Below are positions 1 through 10,965 of a stretch of 56,803 bases of DNA, piece after piece; position 1 is the first letter of the stretch, and each line of letters starts with the position of its first letter. This DNA comes from Eubacteriales bacterium (GTDB taxonomy: Bacteria; Bacillota; Clostridia; Oscillospirales; CAG-382). The translations under genes and the position numbers were made by a program. The notes under the pieces are model-generated. The model made no database searches, was not told where the DNA came from, and saw only the letters and a list, made by a program, of their open reading frames with translations. The stretch is taken from the NCBI GenBank assembly GCA_045643125.1, contig JAZUKE010000140.1, forward strand, positions 1 to 56,803, read 5' to 3'.

Positions 1-189
1 TTTTACGCTCTTGTTGTCATTTGTTTCCTTCTTTATGCTGCTTTTTTGCTCCTTTTTTCTTTTCCTACACTTATTTCCGCTTATTTCTTATACTTATTTC
101 CACCGTGTTTCCACTGTGGAATTTACTTTGGGAATTCACGAAATTTTAAGACAAAGCACATTTTTTTGTTAATTTTTACTTATTCTTAT

Positions 190-930
190 TTATTTTCTGA
201 TATCAACAAAGAAATGATTGTCTTTTTCGAGCGCTTCTTTGCCTTTTTTCCACAAAGCCTCCGACGACATAAGGGTGCAGTACGCCTCAAGAACGTATCC
301 TTTTGACAGTTCGTACTGATTCATAAGCGTTTCGGCGCGTTCATATCTCTGTGCCGTGTTCTTGAAACCGTGCGTATGATAGACCGCTTTGTAAGAAAAT
401 CCGTCGTAACCGTTAAGCGTATATTCAAGGTCGTCGCCGTAAAGATAATCGGGGCCGACAAGCTCCTCTACGCCGTGCATAGACGTGTTCGGCGTGGAAA
501 CGACACCGAGGAACAGTATCTTGCCTTTGCGGTTCGAGAGTATGCGGAAAGGCGAGTTTTCGCCTACCGGGGTACGGTCGAGCTGATGAAGCGAAATATA
601 AGCGTCGGCGTTTTTGCCTATTGCCGAGCAGGAATGTGTCGGATGCACGGAGCGGCGCACTCCCTCGGTCTTGCGGAAATATTCCGGGAAAAAGCCGATG
701 CAGGCGGGCGTGTCGTACACGTCAAAAACGGGGTTTTCCTTATTGACGTTTTCCCACGAAAGCGACGGAATGACGAGCGTACCTTCGTCGCCTATCGCAA
801 GGCGGAGACCGGCGATCACGTCGTCGGGATCGACACCCTTGCCGAGCTTGCTGAACGCGGTATGGACGAGTATTTCGTCGCCCTTGTTAATGCCGAGATG
901 TGAGAGATCGGAAGCAATTTTTTCAATCAT
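190..930 (-). CDS. AAC(3)/YokD-family N-acetyltransferase
   Basis: LGINKGDEILVHTAFS, GTLVIPSL, RRSVHPTHSCSAIG, SPF..L, ILFLGV..NTSMHGVE motifs of the Antibiotic_NAT family; RBS GGAGG; overlaps the GH13 stop. Confidence 0.85.
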   Translation of the reverse strand: MIEKIASDLSHLGINKGDEILVHTAFSKLGKGVDPDDVIAGLRLAIGDEGTLVIPSLSWENVNKENPVFDVYDTPACIGFFPEYFRKTEGVRRSVHPTHSCSAIGKNADAYISLHQLDRTPVGENSPFRILSNRKGKILFLGVVSTPNTSMHGVEELVGPDYLYGDDLEYTLNGYDGFSYKAVYHTHGFKNTAQRYERAETLMNQYELSKGYVLEAYCTLMSSEALWKKGKEALEKDNHFFVDIRK

Positions 931-2653
931 AACTTTCCTCCGTAAATATGCCCGCTTCTCCGGGTGACAGCGTGTTCGTGCCGTAAAGCGGGGTGAGATT
1001 TTGGTTTACATAATATTTGTATTCCGAAGACATATTGCAGACGCAGACGACGGTATCGTTTTCGGCTCTGCGTTTAAGGACGAAAAATCCGTCGTTGCAC
1101 TGTGTCACTTCGGCGCTGCCGCAGACGAGGGCTTTATGCTCCGAGCGTATAGCCGAGATCATACGGCAGAAACGGACAAGCTCGTTATCCTCGTTTCCCC
1201 ACGGGAACGGACGGCGGTTGAACGGATCGCGGTAACCCTGAAGCCCCGCTTCGTCGCCGTAATAGACCGACGGCACGCCCGGAATACACGAAAGCAGCGT
1301 GAAAGCCGCCTTGAACAGCTTTTTCGCCGAAGCGTATTCATCCTCGCCAAGACGCTTGGACGCAAGTATGCTGCCGGCAATGCCGTTTGAAAATCCGTCG
1401 CCGAGCACGGTGATGATGCGCTCCGTATCGTGCGTACCGAGGAAATTCATCATACAAAGCAGTTTTTCACGAGGATAATGCTTTATCTGATTTTCTATCG
1501 TGTCTTTCAGTTCGTCGGCGCTGCCGCTTTTTATATAGCTTATCAGCGCGTTTCTTATGGGATAATTCATCGCGGAGTCAAGGCACGCACCGCAGAAATA
1601 CTGTTTTCTTTCGGAATACGCGACCTTGTCGGTCACGTCGTCCCAGACCTCGCCGATCACCACGGCATCGGGTTTGTATTTTTTGGTCGCGGCGGTGATC
1701 TCGGTAAGGAACGAGGTATCGTATTCGTCAACGACGTCAAGGCGCCAGCCGTCGATGCCCGCTTTCATATACTCGGGTATGACTTTTTCGCAGATAAAAC
1801 GGCGGTAAGATTCGATTTTTCTGACCTTGGGCAGGTTGGTTATGCCCCACCAGCAGTCGTAAGTACCGTCATCCTTTATATCGAACCATTCGCGGTAAGG
1901 CGAATCGGGGTGATGGTACGCGCCGTTCCCGTAAACGTCCCTGTAATCGAAATAGACCGAATCCCTGCCGACGTGGTTGAACACGCCGTCGAGGATCACC
2001 TTTATACCGTTCCGATGGCAGACGGAAATAAGGTTGTCGAGCGCTTCCCTGCCGCCGAACATACTGTCAACGCTCATAAAATCGCCGGTATCGTATTTGT
2101 GGTTGGAATACGCGGTGAATATCGGGCTTAAATACAGCCATTCGGTACCGAGGCTTTTTATGTAGTTTATCCTGTCGGCAACGCCCCAGAGAGTGCCGCC
2201 GAAGAACATATTGTTCTCGACATATCCGCCCTCGTATTCCGCATACTGCGGGACACCGTTTGTCCAGTCGTTATTTATGACTGCGTCGTGACGGCGTCTG
2301 ACTATTCCGCCTTTGGCAAAACGGTCAACGAAAATATGGTAAATTATCCCCTTTGGCGGTTTGACGGGAGGAAAAGCGTTGTCAGTGAACACGAATCTTT
2401 CGTCGGCGATGACTTCGCCGTCGCAGATAGTCTTTACCCAATATATCCCTCTTTCGAGTTCGGGAAGAACGACAGAGGTACGTCCGTCAAGGAACGTACC
2501 CGTTGTCTCACTTATTTTTTTGTATTCGTTATATATTTCAACGCACAGGGAGTGTTTGTCCCGTACGTTCACCGTGAATTCCCTGCCCGCATACTTGACA
2601 AGTGTCCTTGTATACGCGCCGTTTTCGCGGTATTCCGGCATAATATCAGCCAT
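923..2653 (-). CDS. GH13 alpha-glycosidase (neopullulanase/amylopullulanase-like)
   Basis: IYHIFVDRF, FFGGTLWG, SNHKYDT, DGVFNH, DGWRLDVVDE, GEVW, THDTER catalytic motifs; start moved to ATG 2653, which overlaps the glgP stop. Confidence 0.9.
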   Translation of the reverse strand: MADIMPEYRENGAYTRTLVKYAGREFTVNVRDKHSLCVEIYNEYKKISETTGTFLDGRTSVVLPELERGIYWVKTICDGEVIADERFVFTDNAFPPVKPPKGIIYHIFVDRFAKGGIVRRRHDAVINNDWTNGVPQYAEYEGGYVENNMFFGGTLWGVADRINYIKSLGTEWLYLSPIFTAYSNHKYDTGDFMSVDSMFGGREALDNLISVCHRNGIKVILDGVFNHVGRDSVYFDYRDVYGNGAYHHPDSPYREWFDIKDDGTYDCWWGITNLPKVRKIESYRRFICEKVIPEYMKAGIDGWRLDVVDEYDTSFLTEITAATKKYKPDAVVIGEVWDDVTDKVAYSERKQYFCGACLDSAMNYPIRNALISYIKSGSADELKDTIENQIKHYPREKLLCMMNFLGTHDTERIITVLGDGFSNGIAGSILASKRLGEDEYASAKKLFKAAFTLLSCIPGVPSVYYGDEAGLQGYRDPFNRRPFPWGNEDNELVRFCRMISAIRSEHKALVCGSAEVTQCNDGFFVLKRRAENDTVVCVCNMSSEYKYYVNQNLTPLYGTNTLSPGEAGIFTEESYD

Positions 2654-5066
2654 TGTGTTTTTCAAGTCCCCAAATATTCGTTGCGTATTCTTCGATGCTT
2701 CTGTCGGACGAGAACTTGCCCGCTTTTGCGATATTGATGAGCGACGATCTGTTCCAGGCTCTTGCATCGGCATATTTTTCTATCGCGTTTTTGCTTGCGT
2801 CGGTGAAATAGGCGAAGTCGGCAAGGCACATAAACGGATCGGAAACGCCGGTAGAATAGAGCAGATAGTTTGCCATATCGCTGAACGAACGTCCGTGATA
2901 GCCGACCTGCAGCGAATCGACAGCCTTCTTGAGCGGTTCAAACGTGTTGTAATAGTATGCGGACGAATAGCCCTTCTTCCAAAGCTCATCGACTTCGGGT
3001 GCGGTGTGACCGAAAATGAAGATATTGTCTTTGCCGACACATTCCGCCATTTCGACATTTGCGCCGTCAAGCGTACCTACGGTAAGAGCGCCGTTGATCA
3101 TAAACTTCATATTTCCGGTGCCGGACGCTTCTTTGCCCGCAAGAGAGATCTGTTTGCTTATCTCGGCTGCCGGCATAAGTTTTTCGGCTATGGAAACGCT
3201 GTAATTTTCGAGGAATATGACTTTCAGTTTGCCTTTGCAGACGGGATCGAGGTTGATATCGTGAGCAAGGTAGCATATAAATCTGATGATATCCTTTGCA
3301 AGATAATATCCGGGAGCCGCTTTTGCACCGAAAATGAACGTCTGCGGGCGGATATCGAACGACGGATCTTCTTTGAGTTTGACGTACAGCGACGCTATGT
3401 AAAGCGCGTTCATAAGCTGACGCTTGTATTCGTGAAGTCTCTTTACCTGAACGTCGAAAACGGAATCGGGATCAATGATCTCGCCCGTGGTCTTTCTGAT
3501 GAAGGAGGCGAAGTCTTCCTTGTTCTGATGCTTGATGACGGCAAGTCTGTCAAGCACGGTCGTATCGTCGGCGAAAGACTCGAATTTTTCAAGTTCTTCG
3601 GCGTGAAGTCTGTAACCGTCGCCGATACATTCATCAAGCAGCGATGCAAGACGCGGGTTGGAGAGGCAGAGCCAGCGTCTGTGCGTGATACCGTTGGTGA
3701 CGTTGGTTATCTTGTCGGGGTACATATCGTTGAAATCTCTGAAAACGGTGTCCTTGAGGATATCCGAGTGCAGCGCGGAAACGCCGTTCACCTTGTGAGA
3801 GCCGACGACGGAAAGGTTTGCCATTTTGACCTTGTTGTGGCTGAGAACTGCCATACGGCTGACCTTGTCCCAGTTTCCGGGGAATCTGTCCCACGCTTCG
3901 GCGCAGAAACGGCGGTTTATTTCTTTTACGATGGTATAAATTCTCGGGAGTTTGAAACGGAAGAGGTCTTCATTCCAACATTCGAGCGCTTCGGGAAGAA
4001 CGGTATGGTTGGTGTAGGATATCGTGCGTACCGTCATATTCCAGGCGGTGTCCCAATCGTAGTTATGAACGTCTATGAGCAGACGCATAAGTTCGGGAAC
4101 GGCAAGTGCCGGATGTGTGTCGTTGATGTGGATGGCAACTTTTTCAGGAAGATTATCGAGCGTCTTATAGTCTTCGATATGCGAAAGAAGTATGCTCTGG
4201 AGAGAAGCCGAAACGAGGAAATACTGCTGGCTGAGACGGAGCAGTTTGCCTTCGTGGTGGTTGTCGGCAGGATAAAGCACTCTCGTCAGCGTTTCGGCGA
4301 TCGTGTTGTCCTCAACGGCTTTGAGATACTGTCCCTGCGAAAAGGCTTCCATATTGAAATCCTTGACGCCGCGTGCTTTCCAGAGTCTGAGCGGTGCAAC
4401 GGCGTGTTCGTTGCAGCCGGAAATGAACATATCGTAAGGAACGGCTTCGATCTCGTCATAATCGGTATGGATTATTTCAAGGTGTCCGTTTTTCCATTCC
4501 TCGTCAATTTTTCCGCCAAGACGAACGCGTACTGCTCTGTCCTGACGCGGAACGAGCCAGTCTTCGCCGGACGGCATCCAGATATCGGGGAGTTCGAGCT
4601 GTTCGCCGTCAACGATCTTCTGCTTGAAAAGACCGTATTCGTAGCATATCGAAAATCCTCTTGCGGGGTAGCCTTCGGTAGCGAGCGAATCCATAAAGCA
4701 GGCGGCAAGTCTGCCGAGACCGCCGTTGCCGAGTCCGGGATCCTGTTCGAGTTCGCATATCTCGTCGAGCGAAAAGCCCATTGAATCAAGCACTTCACGG
4801 TAAGATTCGAGAAGTCCGAGATTGAACAGATTTATTCTGAGCGACGGACCGAGGAGAAACTCCATACAGAGATAATAAACGCGTTTTTCCTTGTTCTCTC
4901 TTATCTCGTTGCGGTATTGTTTGTTGATCTTGGCGAGCCTGTCCCGTACCGTAAGCACGGCGGCTTTGTACATTTGTTCGGCAGTCGCTTCTTCGGGCGA
5001 CACCGCGAAATAGCGCGATATCTTATCGGTAAGAGATGCGCGTATTTCTTCCTTTGAAAGAAGCAT
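2646..5066 (-). CDS. glgP: Glycogen/starch phosphorylase
   Basis: LGNGGLGRLAACF, HINDTHP, KRLHEYKRQ, EASGTGNMK (PLP lysine) motifs. Confidence 0.97.
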   Translation of the reverse strand: MLLSKEEIRASLTDKISRYFAVSPEEATAEQMYKAAVLTVRDRLAKINKQYRNEIRENKEKRVYYLCMEFLLGPSLRINLFNLGLLESYREVLDSMGFSLDEICELEQDPGLGNGGLGRLAACFMDSLATEGYPARGFSICYEYGLFKQKIVDGEQLELPDIWMPSGEDWLVPRQDRAVRVRLGGKIDEEWKNGHLEIIHTDYDEIEAVPYDMFISGCNEHAVAPLRLWKARGVKDFNMEAFSQGQYLKAVEDNTIAETLTRVLYPADNHHEGKLLRLSQQYFLVSASLQSILLSHIEDYKTLDNLPEKVAIHINDTHPALAVPELMRLLIDVHNYDWDTAWNMTVRTISYTNHTVLPEALECWNEDLFRFKLPRIYTIVKEINRRFCAEAWDRFPGNWDKVSRMAVLSHNKVKMANLSVVGSHKVNGVSALHSDILKDTVFRDFNDMYPDKITNVTNGITHRRWLCLSNPRLASLLDECIGDGYRLHAEELEKFESFADDTTVLDRLAVIKHQNKEDFASFIRKTTGEIIDPDSVFDVQVKRLHEYKRQLMNALYIASLYVKLKEDPSFDIRPQTFIFGAKAAPGYYLAKDIIRFICYLAHDINLDPVCKGKLKVIFLENYSVSIAEKLMPAAEISKQISLAGKEASGTGNMKFMINGALTVGTLDGANVEMAECVGKDNIFIFGHTAPEVDELWKKGYSSAYYYNTFEPLKKAVDSLQVGYHGRSFSDMANYLLYSTGVSDPFMCLADFAYFTDASKNAIEKYADARAWNRSSLINIAKAGKFSSDRSIEEYATNIWGLEKHNG

Positions 5067-5119
5067 AAGTTTTGTTCTCCTAATATATCAAAATAGTTTA
5101 ATCAAGCGTGACTCCGTTA

Positions 5120-6544
5120 TCATTCGTAAAGGAGTTTTATATATTCCTTTGCGGACTTTTTCCACGAAAAGTCCCATTTCATAACCGTGAGGACGAGTTT
5201 GTTCCAAACGTCCTTGTCGTGATAGACGTTTATGGCGCGTTCAACGGATTTGAAAAGCTCCCACGCGGAATAGGGTGCAAAGGTGAAGCCGTTTCCGCCG
5301 CCTTCCCAACCGATGTCACGGATCGAATCGTAAAGTCCGCCCGTTTCTCTGACTATGGGAACGGTACCGTAGCGCGACGCTATCATCTGGGCAAGCCCGC
5401 ACGGCTCGCTGCGCGACGGCATAAGGAACAGATCGGCGCCGGCGTAGATCTTTTTGGAAAGTTCCTTATTATAGTCAATTATCGTGACTACCTTGCCGGG
5501 ATAACGCTCCGCAAGGTGACGGAAGAAGTTTTCGTAATAGTAATCGCCTTTGCCGAGGATGACGAGCTGAACGTCGTTCTTGAGTATATCGTCGGCGGCA
5601 AGCGTGAGCAGATCAAGTCCCTTGTGATCGACAAGACGGGAGATGACGGCGATCATCGGAACGTCGTTTTTCACGGGAAGTCCGAGCAGCTTCTGAAGCT
5701 CCTCTTTGTTTACCGCCTTGCCTTCCGGCTTGCGGAACGAGAAGTTTGCGAACAGCTCGGTATCTGTCGAAGGATTGTAATAATCCCTGTCGATACCGTT
5801 GAGTATACCGACAAGCTTGCCCTTGTTCTGTTCGAGAACAAAGTGGAGCCCGTGCGAATATTTGGGCGACAGTATTTCCTTTGCGTAGGTCGGCGATACG
5901 GTCGATACCTTGTCGGCGCACATTATCGCGCCTTTCATAAGGTTGATATCGCCGTTGTAGTCGAGTATCATACCGTCCGTTGCCGGAAGATCGAACACGT
6001 CGCCGAGTATCTCAAAGCCGTAGATGCCCTGATAACCTATGTTGTGGATGGTGAATACCGATTTTATTCCGCAGTATTCGGGGACAAGACCGTATTTATA
6101 TTTGAGATACACTACCGAAAGCGCGGTCTGCCAGTCGTTTGCGTGCAGGATATCGGGGAAAAATCCGATATGAGGCATCGCTTCGAGAATGGCTTTGGAA
6201 AAATATGCGTATCTTTCGCCGTCGTCGTAATGACCGTAAAGCGGAGTACGGTTGAAATAGTATTCGTTATCCACGAAATAGTACGTCACGCCGTTTTTAA
6301 CGAGCGAAAATACGCCGCAATACTGATTTCTCCAGGCGAGCGGAACGTAGAATTCACATTCCTTTTTCATTTTTGCGCGGTATTTTCCGTCTATCTGACC
6401 GTAAAGCGGTATGATGACACGGATATCCGCATCGTCTCCGTATTCCTTTTTAAGAGATTCGGGAAGCGAGCCGATAACGTCGCCAAGCCCGCCCGACGCC
6501 GCAAAAGGCATACATTCGGAAGACGCAAAAAGTATCTTTTTCAT
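5120..6544 (-). CDS. glgA: Glycogen synthase
   Basis: SGGLGDV, HANDWQT, FTIHN..YQG, PSRSEPCGLAQM, RETGGL; start MKKILF at 6544 with GGAG RBS. Confidence 0.96.
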   Translation of the reverse strand: MKKILFASSECMPFAASGGLGDVIGSLPESLKKEYGDDADIRVIIPLYGQIDGKYRAKMKKECEFYVPLAWRNQYCGVFSLVKNGVTYYFVDNEYYFNRTPLYGHYDDGERYAYFSKAILEAMPHIGFFPDILHANDWQTALSVVYLKYKYGLVPEYCGIKSVFTIHNIGYQGIYGFEILGDVFDLPATDGMILDYNGDINLMKGAIMCADKVSTVSPTYAKEILSPKYSHGLHFVLEQNKGKLVGILNGIDRDYYNPSTDTELFANFSFRKPEGKAVNKEELQKLLGLPVKNDVPMIAVISRLVDHKGLDLLTLAADDILKNDVQLVILGKGDYYYENFFRHLAERYPGKVVTIIDYNKELSKKIYAGADLFLMPSRSEPCGLAQMIASRYGTVPIVRETGGLYDSIRDIGWEGGGNGFTFAPYSAWELFKSVERAINVYHDKDVWNKLVLTVMKWDFSWKKSAKEYIKLLYE

Positions 6545-6575
6545 AATATGTTTCTCCATTTTACGAGTCATAAGA

Positions 6576-7709
6576 TCATACTTGTACGAATTTTCCGATA
6601 TAGAACGGAAGCGTGGAATGACCGGCAAGCGTTCTGCCGTCGCGCACGACGGCGTTTTTATCCGTAATGACGGAGTCAAGGTTCACGTTGTCGCCGATTA
6701 TGGTGTCCTGCATAAGTATGCAGTTTCTGACGTGCGAATTCTTACCTATCCTTACTCCTCTGAAAAGCACGGAGTTTTCGACGCTGCCGTTAAGCACGCA
6801 GCCGTCGGCGATAAGCGAGTTCTTTACGTTCGCACCAGCGGCATAGACGGTGGGAGGCGAATTTTTTATCTTGGTGAGAACAGGTCTGCCGTCGGCAGTG
6901 AACACCTCGTGTCTTACGTCCTCGTTGAGAAGGTCCATATTGCAGAAATAATAGGACTGCATCGAATTTATCGTGGCAAAGTAGCCTTCGTGTCTGAACG
7001 CTCTTACGCGGCGGTTCGCTATGTAGCGCGGAAGCACGTCTGCGGAGAAGGAGCTGTAATTGTGCGCTCCTGATTCGAGCAGTATGCTTTCAAGAAGCGT
7101 GCGCTTCATAACCATTACGCTCGTGCTGATATCGTTATATCCGCCGCCCTTGCCGAGATATTCGCTTATCGAGGTAACGTATCCATCTTCGTTGCTTTCG
7201 ACGATGAGCGTATCGCCGCCGGAATTGCCGACAAGGTACATACGTTTGACCATCATCGTGATGTCAGCGTCGGAATTGATATGTTCTTCTATCATTTTGG
7301 AAAGATCGAGATTGCAGACGATGTCGCAGTCGCTGATGATGACGTAATCTTCGGTACAGTCGCTTATGTATTCGGAGATATTCTTGAGTGCTTCAAGGCG
7401 TGTCGAATGAACGAACGACTGCTGACTTCCGAACGCGGTGACGTACGGCGGAAGTATATCGACACCACCGGCACGTCTGGCAAGGTCCCAGGATTTACCG
7501 GAGCCGACATGACCTATAAGAGAATGATAATTATAGTTCGTGATAACGCCGACGTGAGTAAGTCCGGCGTTTACCATATTTGAAAGGGTAAAGTCGATAA
7601 GGCGGTAGCGGCTTCCGAACGGGACCGACGCCATCGTGCGGATCTTTGTAAGCTCGGGTATGCTTCTGTCATGAATATTGGAAAAAATTATTCCTACAAC
7701 CGATGCCAT
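6576..7709 (-). CDS. glgD: Glucose-1-phosphate adenylyltransferase subunit GlgD
   Basis: ELTKIRTMASVPFGSRYRLIDFTLSNMVN, HVGSGKSWDL, C-terminal hexapeptide repeats; lacks GlgC AGG motif; ATG 7709 is better spaced from the RBS than 7715. Confidence 0.93.
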   Translation of the reverse strand: MASVVGIIFSNIHDRSIPELTKIRTMASVPFGSRYRLIDFTLSNMVNAGLTHVGVITNYNYHSLIGHVGSGKSWDLARRAGGVDILPPYVTAFGSQQSFVHSTRLEALKNISEYISDCTEDYVIISDCDIVCNLDLSKMIEEHINSDADITMMVKRMYLVGNSGGDTLIVESNEDGYVTSISEYLGKGGGYNDISTSVMVMKRTLLESILLESGAHNYSSFSADVLPRYIANRRVRAFRHEGYFATINSMQSYYFCNMDLLNEDVRHEVFTADGRPVLTKIKNSPPTVYAAGANVKNSLIADGCVLNGSVENSVLFRGVRIGKNSHVRNCILMQDTIIGDNVNLDSVITDKNAVVRDGRTLAGHSTLPFYIGKFVQV

Positions 7710-7711
7710 TA

Positions 7712-8926
7712 TCATTTCCTCCCTTCTGCCATCTCATCAAGAAAGAGCTGGTTTACGTTTACGTTATCGGGGATAACGGAAGATGCCGGGATATTGAGTT
7801 CGCCGCCGACAAGGGTTATGCCCGACGCTTCGCCTTTCATTTTGCCGACCTTTGCGCCGTCGCCGATGACGGTATCGAAGTCGATGAGAGAATAATCGAC
7901 GGTAGCGTTTTTGCCGACAACAACGCCGCCGAAGATAACGCTGTCACGCACGATCGCGCCGCGTTCCACTCTGACGCCGCCGGAAAGCACGGAGTTTTCG
8001 ACAGTCCCGTATATTTCGCAGCCTTCGGTGACTATCGAGTTGTTGACTATGGCGTTTGAGCCGAGATAATGAGGCGGCTCGCCGTAATTGCGCGAGAATA
8101 TCCTCCACGAGCTGTCGTTGAGGTCGAACGTCGGCTTGTCGCCGAGAAGATCCATATTGGATTCCCAAAGCGAATCAATCGTTCCGACGTCTTTCCAATA
8201 TCCCGAGAACGGATATGCAAAGAGTCTTTCGCCGTCGGACAAAGCCTTGGGGATGATGTTTTTGCCGAAATCGTTTTCGCTTTCCTGGTTTTCCTCGTCT
8301 TCTTCAAGATATTTTATGAGTTTTTCGGTCGTGAAGATATAGACGCCCATACTTGCGGTAGTGGAATCGGTCTGTTTGGGTTTTTCCTCGAATTTGTAGA
8401 TCCTGCCTTCTTCATCGGCGGACATAATGCCGAAACGGCTCGTTTCTTCCTTCGGCACGTTTATGACGGCGATGGTGCAGTCGGCGTTGTTCTTCTTGTG
8501 GAAGTCGAGCATCGCCTTGTAGTCCATTTTGTAGATATGGTCGCCCGAAAGGATAAGCACGTATTCGGGACTGTATCTTTTGATGAAACGCAGGTTCTGG
8601 TATATGGCGTTCGCGGTGCCGGTGTACCAATCGGAATGTTTCATCGCCTGATACGGCGGAAGTACCATAATTCCGCCCCAGCTTCGGTCAAGATCCCACG
8701 GTCTGCCGTCGCCTATGTATTCGTTGAGCATTAAGGGCTGATACTGTGTGAGTACGCCAACGGTATCAATGCCGGAGTTGACGCAGTTTGACAGAGGAAA
8801 ATCAATGATCTTATACTTGCCTCCGAAAGACACTGCGGGTTTTGCGGTTTTCTCGGTGAGAAGGCGAAGACGGCTTCCCTGACCGCCTGCAAGAAGCATT
8901 GCGACACATTCTTTTTTCTTGTTCAT
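7712..8926 (-). CDS. glgC: Glucose-1-phosphate adenylyltransferase
   Basis: [44 protein letters not shown]. Confidence 0.97.
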   Translation of the reverse strand: MNKKKECVAMLLAGGQGSRLRLLTEKTAKPAVSFGGKYKIIDFPLSNCVNSGIDTVGVLTQYQPLMLNEYIGDGRPWDLDRSWGGIMVLPPYQAMKHSDWYTGTANAIYQNLRFIKRYSPEYVLILSGDHIYKMDYKAMLDFHKKNNADCTIAVINVPKEETSRFGIMSADEEGRIYKFEEKPKQTDSTTASMGVYIFTTEKLIKYLEEDEENQESENDFGKNIIPKALSDGERLFAYPFSGYWKDVGTIDSLWESNMDLLGDKPTFDLNDSSWRIFSRNYGEPPHYLGSNAIVNNSIVTEGCEIYGTVENSVLSGGVRVERGAIVRDSVIFGGVVVGKNATVDYSLIDFDTVIGDGAKVGKMKGEASGITLVGGELNIPASSVIPDNVNVNQLFLDEMAEGRK

Positions 8927-8956
8927 ACTGTCACTTCCTTAAAAAGTATTGAAAAA

Positions 8957-10822
8957 TTATTTTTTCTTTTTTGATTTGCGGAAAAAGCACACGGAAAGCG
9001 GCGGCAGTTCCGTTGTGAGGACATAGCCGTTTTCGGTCTTTTTAGCTCTCAGCGATTTGGGATTGGCACCCTGTTCACTCGCAAATACCTCTCTGTACCA
9101 TCCGGATTCCCTTACGGGGATCGGATATATACCGCGGTGTACGGGCGAAAAGTTGAACGCGCAGACAAGTCTGCTGCCGTCGTTCGATATACGTTCAAAC
9201 AGATAAACGCTGTCGTTCGTTCTGTTCGCGTCTATCCATTCAAAGCCGAAATAGTCGCTGTCGCGCTCCCAGAGTTCGGGCGACGACAGATAGAATTTGT
9301 TGAGAGATCTCACATACTCGCGCAGTTCGCTGTGAAGCGGATAGTCGAGCATAAACCATTCAAGCTGCGTTTCGTAGTCCCATTCGCGGAACTGTCCGAA
9401 TTCCGAGCCCATAAACAGCAGTTTCTTGCCGGGATGCGCGTACATCCAGCCGAGATACGCACGCAATGACGCAAATTTCTGTTCGTAAGTGCCGAACATT
9501 TTGTCGATAAGCGACTTCTTGGCGTGTACCACTTCGTCGTGCGATATGGGAAGCACATAGCTTTCGGAATAAGCGTAGGACGTCGAAAACGTCATTTTGT
9601 GGTGGCATCCGGGACGGAAATACGTATCGGTCTGAACGTATGAAAGCGTATCGTTCATCCAGCCCATATTCCATTTCATATTGAAACCGAGCCCGTGACG
9701 CTTCGTCACGTTCGGGAACGCGGTGGATTCCTCGGCTATCATAAGCACGTCGGGGAATCTTTCCTTGATTGTTTTGTTGAGCGTTTCAAAGAACGATACC
9801 GCTTCGCGGCTGATATTGCTACCGTCGGGATTCGGGTTCCATTCACCCGGTTTTCTATCGTAATCGAGATACAGCATCGACGCGACGGCATCGACGCGCA
9901 GCCCGTCTATGTGATATTCCTTGAGCCAGTATACGGCGTTTGAAACAAGGAACGACCTTACCTCGGTGCGTCCGACGTCGAAGCAGCGCGTGCCCCACGA
10001 CTTATGCTCCATTCTGTCGATGCCCTGATATTCGTAAAGCGGAGAGCCGTCGAATTCGTAAAGTCCGTGAGCGTCCTTCGGGAAATGCGACGGCACCCAG
10101 TCGAGGATGACGCCTATTCCCTTTTGGTGGAAGATATCGACGAATTCCATAAAATCCTTCGGGCTTCCGAAGCGCGACGTAGGTGCGTAATATCCGCAGA
10201 CCTGATATCCCCAGGAGCCGTCAAACGGATGCTCGGCGATAGGCATTATCTCGATATGCGTATAGCCCATATCCAAGACATAAGCCGAAAGTTCGTCTGC
10301 GAGTTCGCGGTAGGTAAGATAACTTCCGTCGGCTTTCTTCTTCCAGGAGCCGAGGTGTACTTCGTATATATTCACGGGTACGGACGGCGAACGGTCGGCA
10401 TAAAGCTCGTCCTGCCAGGATTTTCTTTTTTCAAGATATTCCGCATCGTGCCACTTATAGCCTCTTATATCATACAAAAGAGATGCGGTATTTATTTTTG
10501 TTTCGGAATAAAACGCATAAGGATCGGACTTGAAGAAGCTCTTTCCGTCACGGTAGATGAGATATTTATAACGTCCTCCCGGAGGGATCAGATCTTTTTT
10601 TACCGAGACAGCCCATATACCGCTGTCCGTTATGCGTTCAAGAGGCGTATCGCTGCCCCAGCCGTTGAAATCGCCGGAAAGGCATACTTTATCCGCTTTG
10701 GGTGCCCACACGCGGAATACCGTTTCGTCATCATTGATATGCGAACCGAGGTATTCGTATGCAGCGCAGCTCGTACCTTGATGAAAGTAATATTCGGCAT
10801 AGGTGTCATTAAGCATTGTCAT
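8957..10822 (-). CDS. glgB: 1,4-alpha-glucan branching enzyme
   Basis: FRVWAP, IYEVHLGSW, SWGYQ, DGLRVDAVASMLY, AEES, SHDEVVH. Confidence 0.97.
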   Translation of the reverse strand: MTMLNDTYAEYYFHQGTSCAAYEYLGSHINDDETVFRVWAPKADKVCLSGDFNGWGSDTPLERITDSGIWAVSVKKDLIPPGGRYKYLIYRDGKSFFKSDPYAFYSETKINTASLLYDIRGYKWHDAEYLEKRKSWQDELYADRSPSVPVNIYEVHLGSWKKKADGSYLTYRELADELSAYVLDMGYTHIEIMPIAEHPFDGSWGYQVCGYYAPTSRFGSPKDFMEFVDIFHQKGIGVILDWVPSHFPKDAHGLYEFDGSPLYEYQGIDRMEHKSWGTRCFDVGRTEVRSFLVSNAVYWLKEYHIDGLRVDAVASMLYLDYDRKPGEWNPNPDGSNISREAVSFFETLNKTIKERFPDVLMIAEESTAFPNVTKRHGLGFNMKWNMGWMNDTLSYVQTDTYFRPGCHHKMTFSTSYAYSESYVLPISHDEVVHAKKSLIDKMFGTYEQKFASLRAYLGWMYAHPGKKLLFMGSEFGQFREWDYETQLEWFMLDYPLHSELREYVRSLNKFYLSSPELWERDSDYFGFEWIDANRTNDSVYLFERISNDGSRLVCAFNFSPVHRGIYPIPVRESGWYREVFASEQGANPKSLRAKKTENGYVLTTELPPLSVCFFRKSKKKK

Positions 10823-10895
10823 AATGGTATAGTCCTCCTAACCTATATATTATACTCATTGCAAACAAAAATCAAGAATAATTCCAATAACAAAC

Positions 10896-10928
10896 AAAAA
10901 GCGCAGGCATTTTTTCAAACGCCTGCGT
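10896..10928 (-). terminator. Intrinsic terminator after WG-repeat gene
   Basis: Minus strand ACGCAGGC...GCCTGCGC followed by a T-run. Confidence 0.65.
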
Positions 10929-10965
10929 AAATACATAATTTGGAAATATTGTTTTAATATTCAAT

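Noticed and set aside
2361-4784. 807-aa + strand ORF, and similar long antisense ORFs (5108-6667, 13268-15082, 37836-39044, 51209-53281)
   Set aside because: They shadow well-identified genes on the opposite strand; codon bias suppresses antisense stops; no RBS or family motifs
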